The notes under the pieces were generated by a model that saw nothing but the letters and a program-made list of their open reading frames with translations, was not told where the DNA came from and did no database searches. A DNA stretch of 64,000 nucleotides from Octopus vulgaris (Eukaryota): assembly GCA_951406725.2 (NCBI GenBank), contig OX597814.1:12028001-12092000 (forward strand). The letters are read 5' to 3'. This document shows, one piece after another, positions 1 to 50,710 of the stretch (position 1 is the first letter of the stretch; each line of letters opens with the position of its first letter). The position numbers were made by a program, and so were the translations under genes.

Positions 1-1603
1 GAGCTCGTACCTTCTATCAGGCGCTATATGATTACCTTGGATAAGGCATGTCAGAAATCACTTACTATAAATTGTCGTTGTTTGGCCCCAAGACGGAACT
101 AACTGAACAAATCTCTGATAAAACATATTCCACCTCGTTTTTTTTAAGCATAACCTACCTCAAATTACATCATCATCTTTATTTTTCCCTTTCTGTAAGA
201 CAGTGGAGGGTAATTTGTGGAACATTTCGTAACTAATTCTAGAAGCTCCAGTGACGACCGTGAGTGGTCACTTTATCGTTCTAAACGATGGATGCTTCAT
301 AAAATTGATAAGTATTTCGATGTTTTGCCGTACTGAGTTCAGTTCTTCCAGTATGTAGGATGCAGGCCTCGCATCCTACATTCGTTCTATTAGAAAACAT
401 TAATCTTTTCGTTCATTAAATGTTACAGACACCGAAGATCGGTATTAGTTCTATGGATCACAGAGATTAGTGGAAAGGCAAAACCAAATTTAAAAAGGAC
501 AATTTTGTCTCAGTTGCTGTCTTTTAGCATTTGCTTCAATCATTGGACTGTGGCCATTCTGGGGCACAGCTTTGATTACAATAAATTAGCAGAGTCTCTT
601 GAAAAAAAATAACAAGAACTCTCAATAAATATTTCAGCTGCGATTGATTAAAACACTGTTGCTGAGTTTGTAAAAATATTTATCCTTCTAATAAGAACAG
701 TGCCTTAAGTTTGACAGATATGAAATTAATTAAAATCCCACAAGAGTTTATTAAGGGCCAGGCATAGTTTCTAGGAAATTAAATCAGCTTTATTATTTCT
801 TTCAATTCGAGAGTTTTAGAAGTCTATATTAATGAGAAATATATTTAGTCAATTGAAGCCCGATTGGAATCTAGTAAAAAAAAAAAAAAAAAATCGAAAA
901 TCAGGAGGGGATATAATAAAAAAAAAATTGCTAAAGGAACATAAATTTCTCGTAATAACATACATATTTTATTTTAGGTGTGATATAGTCCGTAGTATAA
1001 CTTACTCCACGATCTGAAGTCGTGAATATATACTAAATAAATTGTTTCTAATTTAGGTACAAGGCCAGCAATTTTGAGATGAGTTATCTCGTTAAGGACA
1101 TCGAACACCACATCTGACTGGTACCTTATTTCATTGATCCTAGAGGGATGAAAGCAAAGTTGACAACGACGGAATTTGAACTCAAAACGTAAAGAGCCAG
1201 AAGAAATATAGCATGGCATTTCGACTAACGCTCTAACGATTATGCCAATCAACATTCTTGCATAGATGATATAAAATGCTGTATATTTTTCTTTCTCTAT
1301 TGCGGGCAGTGCGTTGTATGAAAGACAAGCTTCTTCAGCTTCCGAAAGGCTTAGCCGTATTCTCATTAACTAACACAATAAATATATATGATAGAAATGA
1401 AGTTCTGCAATAAACGCTCCAAAATTATCGAACAAAATAACATTGCAAATAATGTCATCTTAATCTAGACATTGTACATAAATGGGTAGTTCCCGAAAAG
1501 TTTGAATCTCATAAATAACAATGATAGATGGTGACCTTTTAAATCAATGCAAGAATAGTGAATCAATTCCACAAACTAGATTTGGCAAATATACAAGACT
1601 TAC

Positions 1604-39929
<38,326 letters not shown>

Positions 39930-40347
39930 CTGAAAAATTAAAACAGAAAAAAAAAATGATAATTAAACACTACTCCAAGGTTTAATCAAAGCAGGTTTAA
40001 AAAAGAAAACAGGATTTCAAAAGAAATACAAAATTATTGTAAATATTGGGTAAAGAATCCCTTTCCATAGAAAACGTTGAAGGCTGCCCGTAGATACGAC
40101 AGTCACTATGCCACTGAATCAAAGCAATCTTTCGAATTCTTTTTCCATTTTAGAAACTTAATGCTTTCCAGCGGGAATAGCATGTTGATGACGTCACAAG
40201 AATTTAGAAACTTCGGGAAAACGTGAAATAATTCTTTTCTTTATTCCAAGTCTCACTCAGAGACCTCAAGAGACAAGTTAGAAGTTCAAGTGAGTATTAT
40301 GACTATAGTGTCATATTTTTGGTTTTACACAAAGTATCGTTCTAGAG

Positions 40348-40979
40348 CAAAGGTTCTCAACCCATTTTCGCCAAAGGAGCCCTTTTGACTCTTGGAGTCA
40401 CAAATGACTAAAAATATCTTCATTTTTCAATATACTAGCTATTTTGATATCAGCAGATAATAGTTAAAAAATAAAGGACGTTGTTTTACACATACACTTG
40501 TATGCAGTCAGGAGTACAGATGTACAAATTGAAATGCAAAAAAAAAAACCCAACAAAAAACAAAATAATGAATTGAAAGTTTGGTAATTGCGTTTATTTC
40601 TACCACGCGACACTTATGAGATCAACGTGTTGTCTATAGAATGAGTGGTCTTTGGTACAAGTAAATTCCGATGAAGTCATTTCAAACCTTTCCGATTTCC
40701 TTTATCAAAACAGCTAGAATCTGACATATTGGGGTGGGGAGTATTTTTGCATAATCGTATCGATTCCATTATGTAGAAGGCAGAATAAACAATTCTAACT
40801 TAACAAAAATATAGAAAGAGTAACAAAAGGCTCTGTTTTCCAAAGCCAAAAGATGTGTTTTTAGCTGGAGTGTAATTTTATAATTAGAACAATTTCAAAA
40901 TTTAAATTTCAGAACATAAAACTTACCACGCTATCTGGTGTATAGCTGCAGTTCAAATGGGTACAAAACCTAAAACAAA

Positions 40980-41038
<59 letters not shown>

Positions 41039-41220
41039 GTGTATGTGGTTAAGTCTTTAATAACCAGGTGTCAATTTCAGTTCAATCACAGAAAGCAATT
41101 CAAAATGGCAACACACACAATCATATACATACACACACATACACAAATACATACCTATCAGCCATTCCCAAAAGCCAGTTTGATCCAAAATTATGACCAC
41201 CATTCCTTATATATTTGCAC

Positions 41221-41256
<36 letters not shown>

Positions 41257-41637
41257 TCAACTTTTCGTTTTTAATCATTACTTTGTTTTCTTTTAATCTT
41301 CTGTCACTATTCATCTGTTTTTAGTTTTTGGTTTTGTTTTGGAGGTTTTACTTTACCGACGCCAGTTACACACGGTACCAGGAATTTGTTTGATGTCGTC
41401 AAAGTGAAAGAAGTGTTTTTTAAGTTTTTGAAAATTTGAAACAAAAGGCATGGTTTTTTTTTAACTGACTATCGCAGATATGTGAAAATATGGCTACTAC
41501 TCGTTAATTTCAAATTAAAATTGCCAAAGACGAGTGTCTTCCAGCTCTCCCCTAGCGCCCCCAAGTCTCTTAACGCCCCTCTATTGCTCTTTTGCTCCCA
41601 AACTCGAGCTGCAAATGGCCACCGTTGAGAACCTTTG
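40348..41637. mobile_element. Non-autonomous hAT (Charlie-type) element, 1290 bp
   Basis: Perfect 14-bp TIR CAAAGGTTCTCAAC/GTTGAGAACCTTTG and identical 8-bp flanks TTCTAGAG (40340-40347, 41638-41645), the nTCTAGAn target typical of Charlie. Confidence 0.8.
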
Positions 41638-42254
41638 TTCTAGAGCATGTCTGTCAAAACAAGAAAATTAGAAGTTTGTTTAAAAAATAATTTGGGTGAT
41701 AGTGTAATCTTAAGATGAGAGTAAAAGGTCTTTGCTTTAATGTACATTTAAAAGTACTTTTGATAATGTTCACAAATTAAAGCGTTTTTGGAATTACATA
41801 GACAATATTTATCGTAGGATATGAGTAGTTCCAATGAACGCTAGTTTTTGAATTTCTTCCATTTAAAAAATATATTATATTATTATTTGTTCCTATACAT
41901 GTTTCTGAGACCCACTTGACCAATGCTTAATTTCAATTCATCATGTGAGAAGTGAGAAATAACCCCACTTTTACTTGAGAGACCGTTTGTTTAATACAAT
42001 TAATTTTTCCTGCGTCAAGAAATGAATTTAGATGAATGTACTACCGTTACTTAAAGATATATCACTTTTGTAGTTTCTAAATTAAGACAGCTCGACTTGG
42101 TCTGGTCATGCACGAAACATGGTTTCTCCCGACAGTATACGAATTACCAAACTCATTTTGTTGTCCTCTAATTCTATTAACTATTTCACCAACAGCAATA
42201 AAAAAAAAGCATTACAAGAGACACAGAAATAAGTGAAATGAAGACAATAAATAC

Positions 42255-43475
42255 CATAAATAATGCAGTTTTTTATACTTTTATTTTTCAAAATTTAGAT
42301 AAATTTCTTTTTTAATCTAAAATATACTCTTCTTCATTTTCTACAATGCTCTTCCATCTATCTGGTAGACTTGCAAAGACCCTCTTCCAAAATTCACTTG
42401 TCTGTGACGAAAAGTATTCCTCCAGTACTGTTCTGACCTCGTCTACAGAATTCATATTTTTTCCATCCAAAGGATTTTGAAGACTGCAGAATAAATAATA
42501 ATCAGATGGGCCAATGTCCGGCAAATATTGTGGGTGGAGCATCGTTTCCCATTGAAATTGCTCCAGCGTTTGGAATGTCATCCTCACTGTATGAGGCCAA
42601 GCATTATCCTGTTGAAAGAACACCTTTCTTCTTGGAACCAAAGATGGTCATTTTCCTTCTAGCGCTCTCTTAAGCCGCTGAAGCTGTTCGCAGTAGATAT
42701 CCTTTGCTATCGTTTGGTTTGGGTTTAAAAATTCAAAGTGGACTAAGCTTTTCATATCTCACCAAACAGAAAACAACACCATACGTGAGTGAAGACCTTT
42801 TTTAGTCTAGGGCGCCGGTGTTTCTCTTTTCCCTAGCCACTGTCTTCAGCGCTTGACATTTTTTATAGAGAACCCATTTCTCGTCACCAGTCACTATTCG
42901 GTCCAAAAATGGTCCATTCGTGAGACGTGACAGCAAAGAAGAGCACATTCACTCTCTGCGCACGATTACACTCGCAAAGTTTGTGAGGAATCCATTGACC
43001 CAATTAGGTGTCGATGAATGGTTGAATGATCAAAGCCAAGCTTCTATGCTAGTTTCTCAACAGTTACAATGGGATTTTGTTCCACCAGGGTTTGCAGGAC
43101 GTCGTTGTCGAGCTCTACAGATCTTCCTGGACGAGGACCATCGTCTAGGCTGTAGTTTCCGGCTCGGAATTTCTGGAAACACCGTTGACACTGGCTTACG
43201 TTTATTGTCCGATCTCCATATACTGCATTAATATTCCTCGCACTTTCCGTTGCATTATTGCCCTTACTGGTCTCATAAAGCAAAACATACCGAATATTCT
43301 CCTTTGTCATTGCCATTATAACTTTGAAAAGATAACAGTTAAAATCGAACTGCACTCTTCAAAACTTGCACTAAGAATAAGTACAAGGTAAAATTACTAC
43401 CTGCTTTCATAGCAAGTTAATGTAGGTAGTTTATCCTCTCCCCCTCCGACGTTTAGTTCATGCAATTGAAAAATC
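42255..43475 (-). mobile_element. Near full-length decayed mariner (DD34D type) element
   Basis: MTKENIRYVLLYE..KGNNATESARNIN.VYG, GQWIPHKL, FLDRIVTGDEKWVLY, FQQDNAWPH and DIGPSDYYLF; frameshifts split the ORF. Confidence 0.93.
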
Positions 43476-44144
43476 CTCCAAATCTCCACCAAATTATGGA
43501 TAATGTAGTCCGAAGTAAATTATCTTTAAAAACAAAACTGGTGGTCACGACCGGAATGCTTTTGATGATAGATTTGATCGATGAGCGCTGATATGAGGTT
43601 AAATAACAACAACCACCCCTAAGTACTCAGCATAGTCTTCGGAGGCACAGTATACTCGTTGGTTCTTACAAGGTCAGCGCTGAGTTAAGGCTAAACCACA
43701 GAAATAACTTTTATTCTTTATTATGACACCAATATACTACATAATTACACCGTGAAAGAGCCGTTTAATCACTTCAGAACACAATGTTTGTTTTGACTTT
43801 TCCCTTTAGTTTTGGATATATAATGTATTGTGTGAAAATATTTCGTTGCAGCATCTGCAACCTGGTCACTGATTCAATTCCTCTGCACATATCGAAAATT
43901 AAGTACTAGCGAATCTTTATAGGAGTCTAAACAACATCTTCCTTTCTGCTTTTTTTCCCGCTGTCTTTGAATTTTGATCCACTGTATTGTTAATTTATGA
44001 ATTTTTGATTTTAACTTGCACCTTTAGTCAATTCTAGATCCGATTCTGTTTACTCTCAGTAACTGTATTGTACACTTGGGTATTCATTCAATTCATTATT
44101 ATTTCTTCTCTTTCTTTTAGTATGCACACAAACACATATATTTG

Positions 44145-44178
<34 letters not shown>

Positions 44179-44222
44179 AATTTTTTCTACCCTTGTTTCT
44201 CTCCTTGTTTCTTTCTGTGTTC

Positions 44223-44258
44223 CTTTCTGTGGAAGAGCGTAGGCTCGAAACGTAAAAG
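44223..44258 (+). ncRNA. Minimal type I hammerhead-like motif, paralog of 17549-17586
   Basis: CTTT-CTGTGGA-A-GAGC(GTAG)GCTC-GAAA-CG-TA-AAAG; host element 44180-44349 lies between TA and CA microsatellites. Confidence 0.55.
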
Positions 44259-44361
44259 ACTTTTTCTAATCCCGATCGTTATACTAATACATCTGTTTGT
44301 TTTCTACACCACCTGTCTTCGTCTTTTGTTTTTTCGTGAATTCTCCCTACACACACACACA

Positions 44362-44407
<46 letters not shown>

Positions 44408-44865
44408 ATATATGGGAAATAATGATTTCACAAGACCAATGACGTGTTTGTAAAATTACTTCAAGTTTCCTTGATGACTGTTCAAGAAGTCATATTTTTA
44501 AAATTTTATATATACATATTTAACTTTGAAGTCGATACATGATTCTAATAAAACAAAAAACAAAAAAAAAACATTGCAACATTTTTTTGCTCTACTTATA
44601 AATTACTTTTCCTTCATATCCTGCTTCTCCTGTGTTTAGTGAGGATGCTAATATTAGAACCTGCTCTACTGATAAGTTTATTTCTTGTACGCAATTCTGA
44701 CGCATGTTTGATTCGTCACCTCCTCCCCCACTATCCGCAACAACGTCAATTTTTTTTTTCAAATAAAGTATTTTTATAATACACTCATGTCATTTCCTTA
44801 TGAGATATTTCGCGAGCTTAATTATGAATGGAGTAATTTTTTGTTTTACATAGAATATACACATA

Positions 44866-45030
44866 GGCGCAGGAGTGGCTGTGTGGTAAGTAGCTTGCTA
44901 ACCAACCACATGGTTCCGGGTTCAGTCCCACTGCGTGGCATCTTGGGCAAGTGTCTTCTGCTATAGCCCCGGGCCGACCAATGCCTTGTGAGTGGATTTG
45001 GTAGTTGGAAACTGAAAGAAGCCTGTCGTA

Positions 45031-45089
<59 letters not shown>

Positions 45090-45294
45090 TTGTGTGTCTG
45101 TGTTTGTCCCCCTAGCATTGCTTGACAACCGATGCTGGTGTGTTTACGTCCCCGTCACTTAGCGGTTCGGCAAAAGAGACCGATAGAATAAGTACTGGGC
45201 TTACAAAAGAATAAGTCCCGGGGTCGATTTGCTCGATTAAAGGCGGTGCTCCAGCATGGCCGCAGTCAAATGACTGAAACAAGTAAAAGAGAAA
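44866..45294 (+). mobile_element. SINE family B, full length (tRNA-like head, CORE-like TTGGGCAAGT box, internal TA/TG microsatellite). Other copies at 31125-31446, 33441-33818, 49126-49602, 52441-53087, 60606-61042
   Basis: Head GGCGCAGGAGTGGCTGTGTGGTAAG, B-box-like GGTTCAGTCCC, tail GAAACAAGTAAAAGAG; at least 9 copies in the window. Confidence 0.9.
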
Positions 45295-46789
45295 GAGATA
45301 CATCGACACACACATATCTCTCTATATAAACAGGGCTAATTTAGTTGTTTCTCCGTATAATGTAAAAAAAAATGAACAACCTTAAAGGCGGTGCTCCAGC
45401 ATGGCCACAGTCACATGACTGAAACAGGTAAAAGAGTAAAATAGTATAACCTTAATCGATTATCGAAACTTACAAGATTCTCATCAGAAGAGTCTCCATC
45501 ATTTTGGTCAATCCTAGAGAAACGAACAGCCAATCTATTTATATACTCAATAATTAAAGTAGCTACAGAAGACTGGAGCTACTAGTTTGCATACTGTAAA
45601 TGTTAACACTTCATTTTTATATATTAAAATACGGGCCAGAACACCTGAAAAAATAATAATAAACCCACGGTTATCATATTTGTGATGCCTGTGACCTTAA
45701 TTCATAGACTAGTCAGTGCATTGAGTCATTGAGCAAGAAGCTTCATTTCACGTTACTGCATATTATGCAGTTGTAGTGTATACCAGATAGTGCAGCTCGC
45801 TCTTTTACCCTAGCTGTCACAACCTTTATGTTCAGCTGAGTCGTGGTTCAGTGATCAAGGGATTTTTCTGCCTGCATAGGCACTTAAAACAATTAGAAAT
45901 AGCAAGCTATCGCTTCGGACTTTTTTTTTTAGAATCACGTCGACCACGTCCAACATCTCTGATGTCCAACATCATAGCGGAGACGTCCTCCGAATACGTC
46001 GGTACTGCTTTCCCATGGATAGCAGAAACGATAAGAATACCCGCTGAAGGACCGATTGTGCTACATGAAACGATTTCAAGACGCAGTCAGTCACTGTGAC
46101 CACCGAGCAGACACCGCTATGTGTTGCTGCTATCCAACTTCTGAAACCGGTAATAAGGCTTTTTCCTCGACACACACTTCTGCTGCGTTTCTATCTGCTC
46201 CCTTCCCCACCTTCTGTATTCATTACACTCTTTTTCAAAATACTTTCACATCCTCTTTCATGCGCGCACGCATACACATGCATACAGACATATTCACATC
46301 ACTTATTGCAACTTGGCTTCCTCGCTTTACATTTCTGATACCATATTTTGTGGCAATGTCGTCTAATTATTCATTCACTTATTTTTTTATTTTTACATTT
46401 AATTTTTTTAATTTTGTTCTTCCTCTTCCAAAAAAAAAAAAAAATGAAAAGACAAAAAGAAAAAAATAAAAGAAGATAAAATCATTTCAAGTCTATGATA
46501 CCTACCGGCTGAAAGTTGAATGAAATATGTCACTGCAAGGGAAGTTTTGGGGTGCAGTATTTGGCAGACAGCTTTGGCATGTTATTAACTGAAAGATTTT
46601 GTAAGCTGGCAGTCTGTTATATATGTATGCAAGTAGATTTGTTGTCAGCCGCCGAGGTCATGGCATACGATTGTTTGGGAGAATTACTTTCACTTTGGGA
46701 CATGATGACCCGTGCATGTTAGGTAGTGGAGGGCAAAAGAGGACGAACATTTTCGTTGTTGTTGTTGTTGTTGTTGTTGGTGTTGTTAT

Positions 46790-46990
46790 TTAGCCCCAGG
46801 TAAACAATAAATGAATCGATCTATGATCAAAGGCGGCCCAGCATTGGCCATCACCCCTTAGTGTTATGGCATTGTTTTAAGATCACATTTTCCAATGTCT
46901 TCTTTTTCAAGATAGTAAGATTATAATTTAGGAGAGATTTGGCAGTTATTTCTTGCAGATCAAGTGAACACATAGAAGCTCTGTCATTGG
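46790..46990 (+). repeat. Old dispersed repeat family (CTATGATCAAAGGCATTCCAGC...GAGATTTGGCTGTTATTTCTAGCAG). Other copies near 2480-2880, 5110-5320, 35810-35980, 36560-36780, 43480-43620, 48450-48630, 60150-60310
   Basis: Recurring diverged motifs on both strands; class not determined. Confidence 0.6.
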
Positions 46991-47323
46991 CTTACAAGCC
47001 TTTGATACTTACCGACTGAAAATTGAATGAAATATGTGTCAGTGCAGCAAGATTGCTGTGAAGTTTCGGGGTGCAGTTTTAGCAGACAGACTTGGCATGT
47101 TATTAACTAAGACTTTGTTAAGCTGGTAAATTTGTTGTCAACAGCAGTACAATACTACGTTTTTAATCCTCTAGATTACGGGTTCAAACTCATAAAGATT
47201 TACTTTTGGATTTTCTTATATAAAGAAACGAACATTGTTAAAGGTGCATAAGCAATGTTTTTGGTAATCGATTTAATCGACGATATCCTTACCTTCAGTA
47301 AAGATAATAATAATTAGTATTAT

Positions 47324-47881
47324 TGAGTGAGAGAGAGGAGTGCATACCATCAAAGTGACACTGGGGTAAAATATACGAAGCCCAGTATACCCATCATGAC
47401 TACCCGTCTGATAAGGGTATAACAGACACATTCATCACAACCGTATGTGTACGACATGGTGATTTCAAATCAAGATAAACAGCGCATGACCTTGCAGGTG
47501 GGGCTGAGTTAGAATTTTCTTCAGGTCGAGTAGCCCATCTCGCTCAAAAGGTCCCTGAATAAAGGTTGTTTAAGATGCTGAACGAAATACCCATGTTTCC
47601 AAAGGTGAACTATCCAAACCCCAAATAATTCCTCTCAATACATGGCTATGATGTTCCCCCACTACTTCTGTTCGTGATCAGAGATGCACATATCGTCAGC
47701 CACTAAGAGACATGCTCAACTGGTTAAGATCAAACAACTGACTAGCAAATCTGTGGTATTGAGCAGAATATTTGCTGTAAGCCCATCTTTTATACCGGGA
47801 CAAAACAACGTACATGATAACATTTCCAATCAGTTAAGATGTAAAGCCATGTGAGCCACTGCCTGGTACTGCATGAGGGCA
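47324..47881 (-). repeat. 558-bp interspersed repeat with TG...CA termini in an (AAT)n context; an end fragment also at 8204-8297
   Basis: 8204-8297 is the reverse complement of about 47324-47416. The minus strand carries GTATAAAAG. No clean TSD. Confidence 0.6.
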
Positions 47882-49363
47882 TTTTATTATCATTGTCATC
47901 ATTATTATAAAAGAAATCATCATCATTATTATTATTATTAAGGCGGAGAGCTGGCAGAATCGTTAGCAGGCCAGGTAAAATGCATAGCGGCATTTCATCT
48001 GTCGTTATGTTCTGAGTTCAAATTCTGTCGAGGTCGACTTTGCCGTTCATCCATTTGGGGTCGATAAAATAAGTACTAGTTGTACACTAAGGTCGATGTT
48101 CGATTATCGACTATCCCCTCCTCAAAGACCTTGTGCTTTTAGCAGAAAGGATTATAATTATTATCATTGGGGTGTTGAATTGGCAGTATTCTCATGCATT
48201 ATTTGCACCGGTTCTTTATAATCTGAGTTCAAATTCCACCGAATCAACTTCGCCTTTAATACTTCCAGGGTCGAAAAAAAAATAATTACAAGTCAAATAC
48301 AGGACAATAGAATCGCCTAACATTATCTCCTCAAGCTTTGTGTCTAAGCTAGAAACTGTTATTAAATTACTGATATTGAGTACATTTATGAGGGATGCGG
48401 AAAATTCCTTGAGAACTGACCGCATGACAACATATTGGTTCCCGGTTATTGTGGTTGAACTCCAGACAATACTATGGCCAAAATCATTCTCGCCATGATC
48501 ACCCTGCCCTTTTGGGGTTTTGTTGGGCTACATTGTCCAGTGTTTCTTCAAACAGTAGAATGCGATTCGAAAGGAACTCGGCTGTTATTTCTGGCTTGTC
48601 TACCAACCACACAGATGGTTCCCCGTGGGCTGGTTTGATTCCAAGTTACCGAAAATTTTTTTCTGGAACATGAAAACTAAAATTTCCGTTTCCCTTTGCT
48701 CATATTTCTGAGAGATTGCAACTGTCTGCCGCCCAAGTTACCGAGTGCTTTAGCTTTCCAGTAGATAACTATAATTTCATGATGTTAAGAGCAGTTGAGA
48801 AATAAATCAGTCACTGGAAAGGAATTTAAGATATAACAGATAATATTCCCAGATGATGTGGAACCTTTATGAAAATAGGTTCACCTATATAACATTTTAC
48901 ATAAAGCTCATCTCTTATGAAAAATTTTATATTTTATATTTCCCTAAAACATACATACTAATGACTTGTAGGCACACGGTATATCGTTATATAACCATTA
49001 TATGCTACAAAGTATATCAAACGTTTTTATAAGTCAATAGCGTGTACTACTGTATAGGCAGTGCACTAAAATCACGCATTAATGTCGTCTCTATAGAGTT
49101 TCAATAGAAATTATAGCTAACTTTCTTTTCTTTTCTTGTTTCAGTCATTTGACTGCAGCCATGCTGGAGCACCGCCTTTAGTCGAGCAAATCGACCCCCA
49201 GGACTTATTCATTGTAAGCCTAGTACTTATTCTATCGGTCTCTTTTTGCCGAACCGCTAAGTTACGGGGACGTAAACACACCCAGCATCGGCTGTCAAAC
49301 GATGTTGCGGGGACAAACACAGACACACAAACACACACACACACGCACGTACACACACGCACG

Positions 49364-49421
<58 letters not shown>

Positions 49422-49688
49422 CACATATATACACATATACGACGGTCTTCTTTCAGTTTTCGTCTACCAAATCCACTCACAAGGCTTTGGTCGGCCCGAG
49501 GCTATAGTAGAAGACACTTGCCCAAGGTGCCACGCAGTGGGAATGAACCCGGAACCACGTGGTTGATAAGCAAGCTACTTACCACACAGTCACTCCTGCA
49601 CCTAACACTGATTTTGTTACGAAACATCGTATCAAATTCAGTGTTGGCTATAATTTGTATCGAAAGCCTGTAGAGATGATCTTAAAAC

Positions 49689-50393
49689 ACACATACATAC
49701 ATACATACATACATACATACATACATACATACATACATAATACATACATACATACATACATACATAATACATACATACATACATACATACATAATACATA
49801 CATACATACATACATACATACATACATACATACATACATACATACATACATACATAATACATACATACATACATACATACATACATACATACATACATAA
49901 TACATACATACATACATACATACATACATACATAATACATACATACATACATACATAATACATACATACATACATAATACATACATACATACATACATAC
50001 ATACATACATACATACATACATAATACATACATACATACATAATACATACATACATACATAATACATACATACATACATACATACATACATACATACATA
50101 CATACATACATAATACATACATACATAATACATACATACATACATACATACATACATACATAATACATACATACATACATACATAATACATACATACATA
50201 CATACATACATACATACATACATACATACATACATACATACATACATAATACATACATACATACATAATACATACATACATACATACATACATACATACA
50301 TACATACATACATACATAATACATACATACATACATACATACATACATACATAATACATACATACATACATACATACATAATACATACATACA

Positions 50394-50427
<34 letters not shown>

Positions 50428-50573
50428 CATACATACATACATACATAATACATACATACATACATACATACATAATACATACATACATATATACATACAT
50501 ACATACATACATACATACATACATACATACATACATACATAATACATACATACATACATACATAATACATACA

Positions 50574-50607
<34 letters not shown>

Positions 50608-50710
50608 CATACATACATACATACATACATACATACATAATACATACATACATACATAATACATACATAATACATACATACATAATACATACATACATAC
50701 ATACATACAT
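49689..50710. repeat. ~1-kb (CATA)n array with recurrent CATAATA interruptions
   Basis: Direct inspection; source of the three 350-380-aa MYVC ORFs. Confidence 0.97.

Noticed and set aside
66-114. Possible next ADAMTS exon (minus strand, tatcag ... GTAAGT) that could supply the last TSR1 Cys (ICSV...)
   Set aside because: The Cys frame needs a phase-1 start or a GAG acceptor, but exon 11 ends in phase 0; no FRxxQC motif follows.
353-381. Perfect 11-bp hairpin ATGTAGGATGC/GCATCCTACAT
   Set aside because: Isolated and short, with no supporting context; rho-independent terminators do not apply to this eukaryotic DNA.
974-1366. 130-aa ORF with EEACLSYN resembling the ADAMTS Cys-rich start
   Set aside because: No closing TSR Cys, no suitable donor, and it runs into a family A SINE.
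40927-40969. 43-nt candidate exon with a GTAAGT donor upstream of the prodomain exon
   Set aside because: The required frame has a TAG stop, and it lies inside the hAT element.
42148-42257. Signal-peptide-like MVFIVFISLISVSLVMLFF...NEF with a phase-1 donor
   Set aside because: Needs a 1-nt deletion in the A9 run, the ATG lies in the mariner terminal repeat, and T-rich DNA translates as hydrophobic by chance; worth rechecking with reads.
47655-47680. U1 snRNA-like words (GATCACGAA, GTAGTGGGGGA) on the minus strand
   Set aside because: The words are adjacent rather than ~100 nt apart, and there is no ATACTTACCTG 5' end or Sm site.
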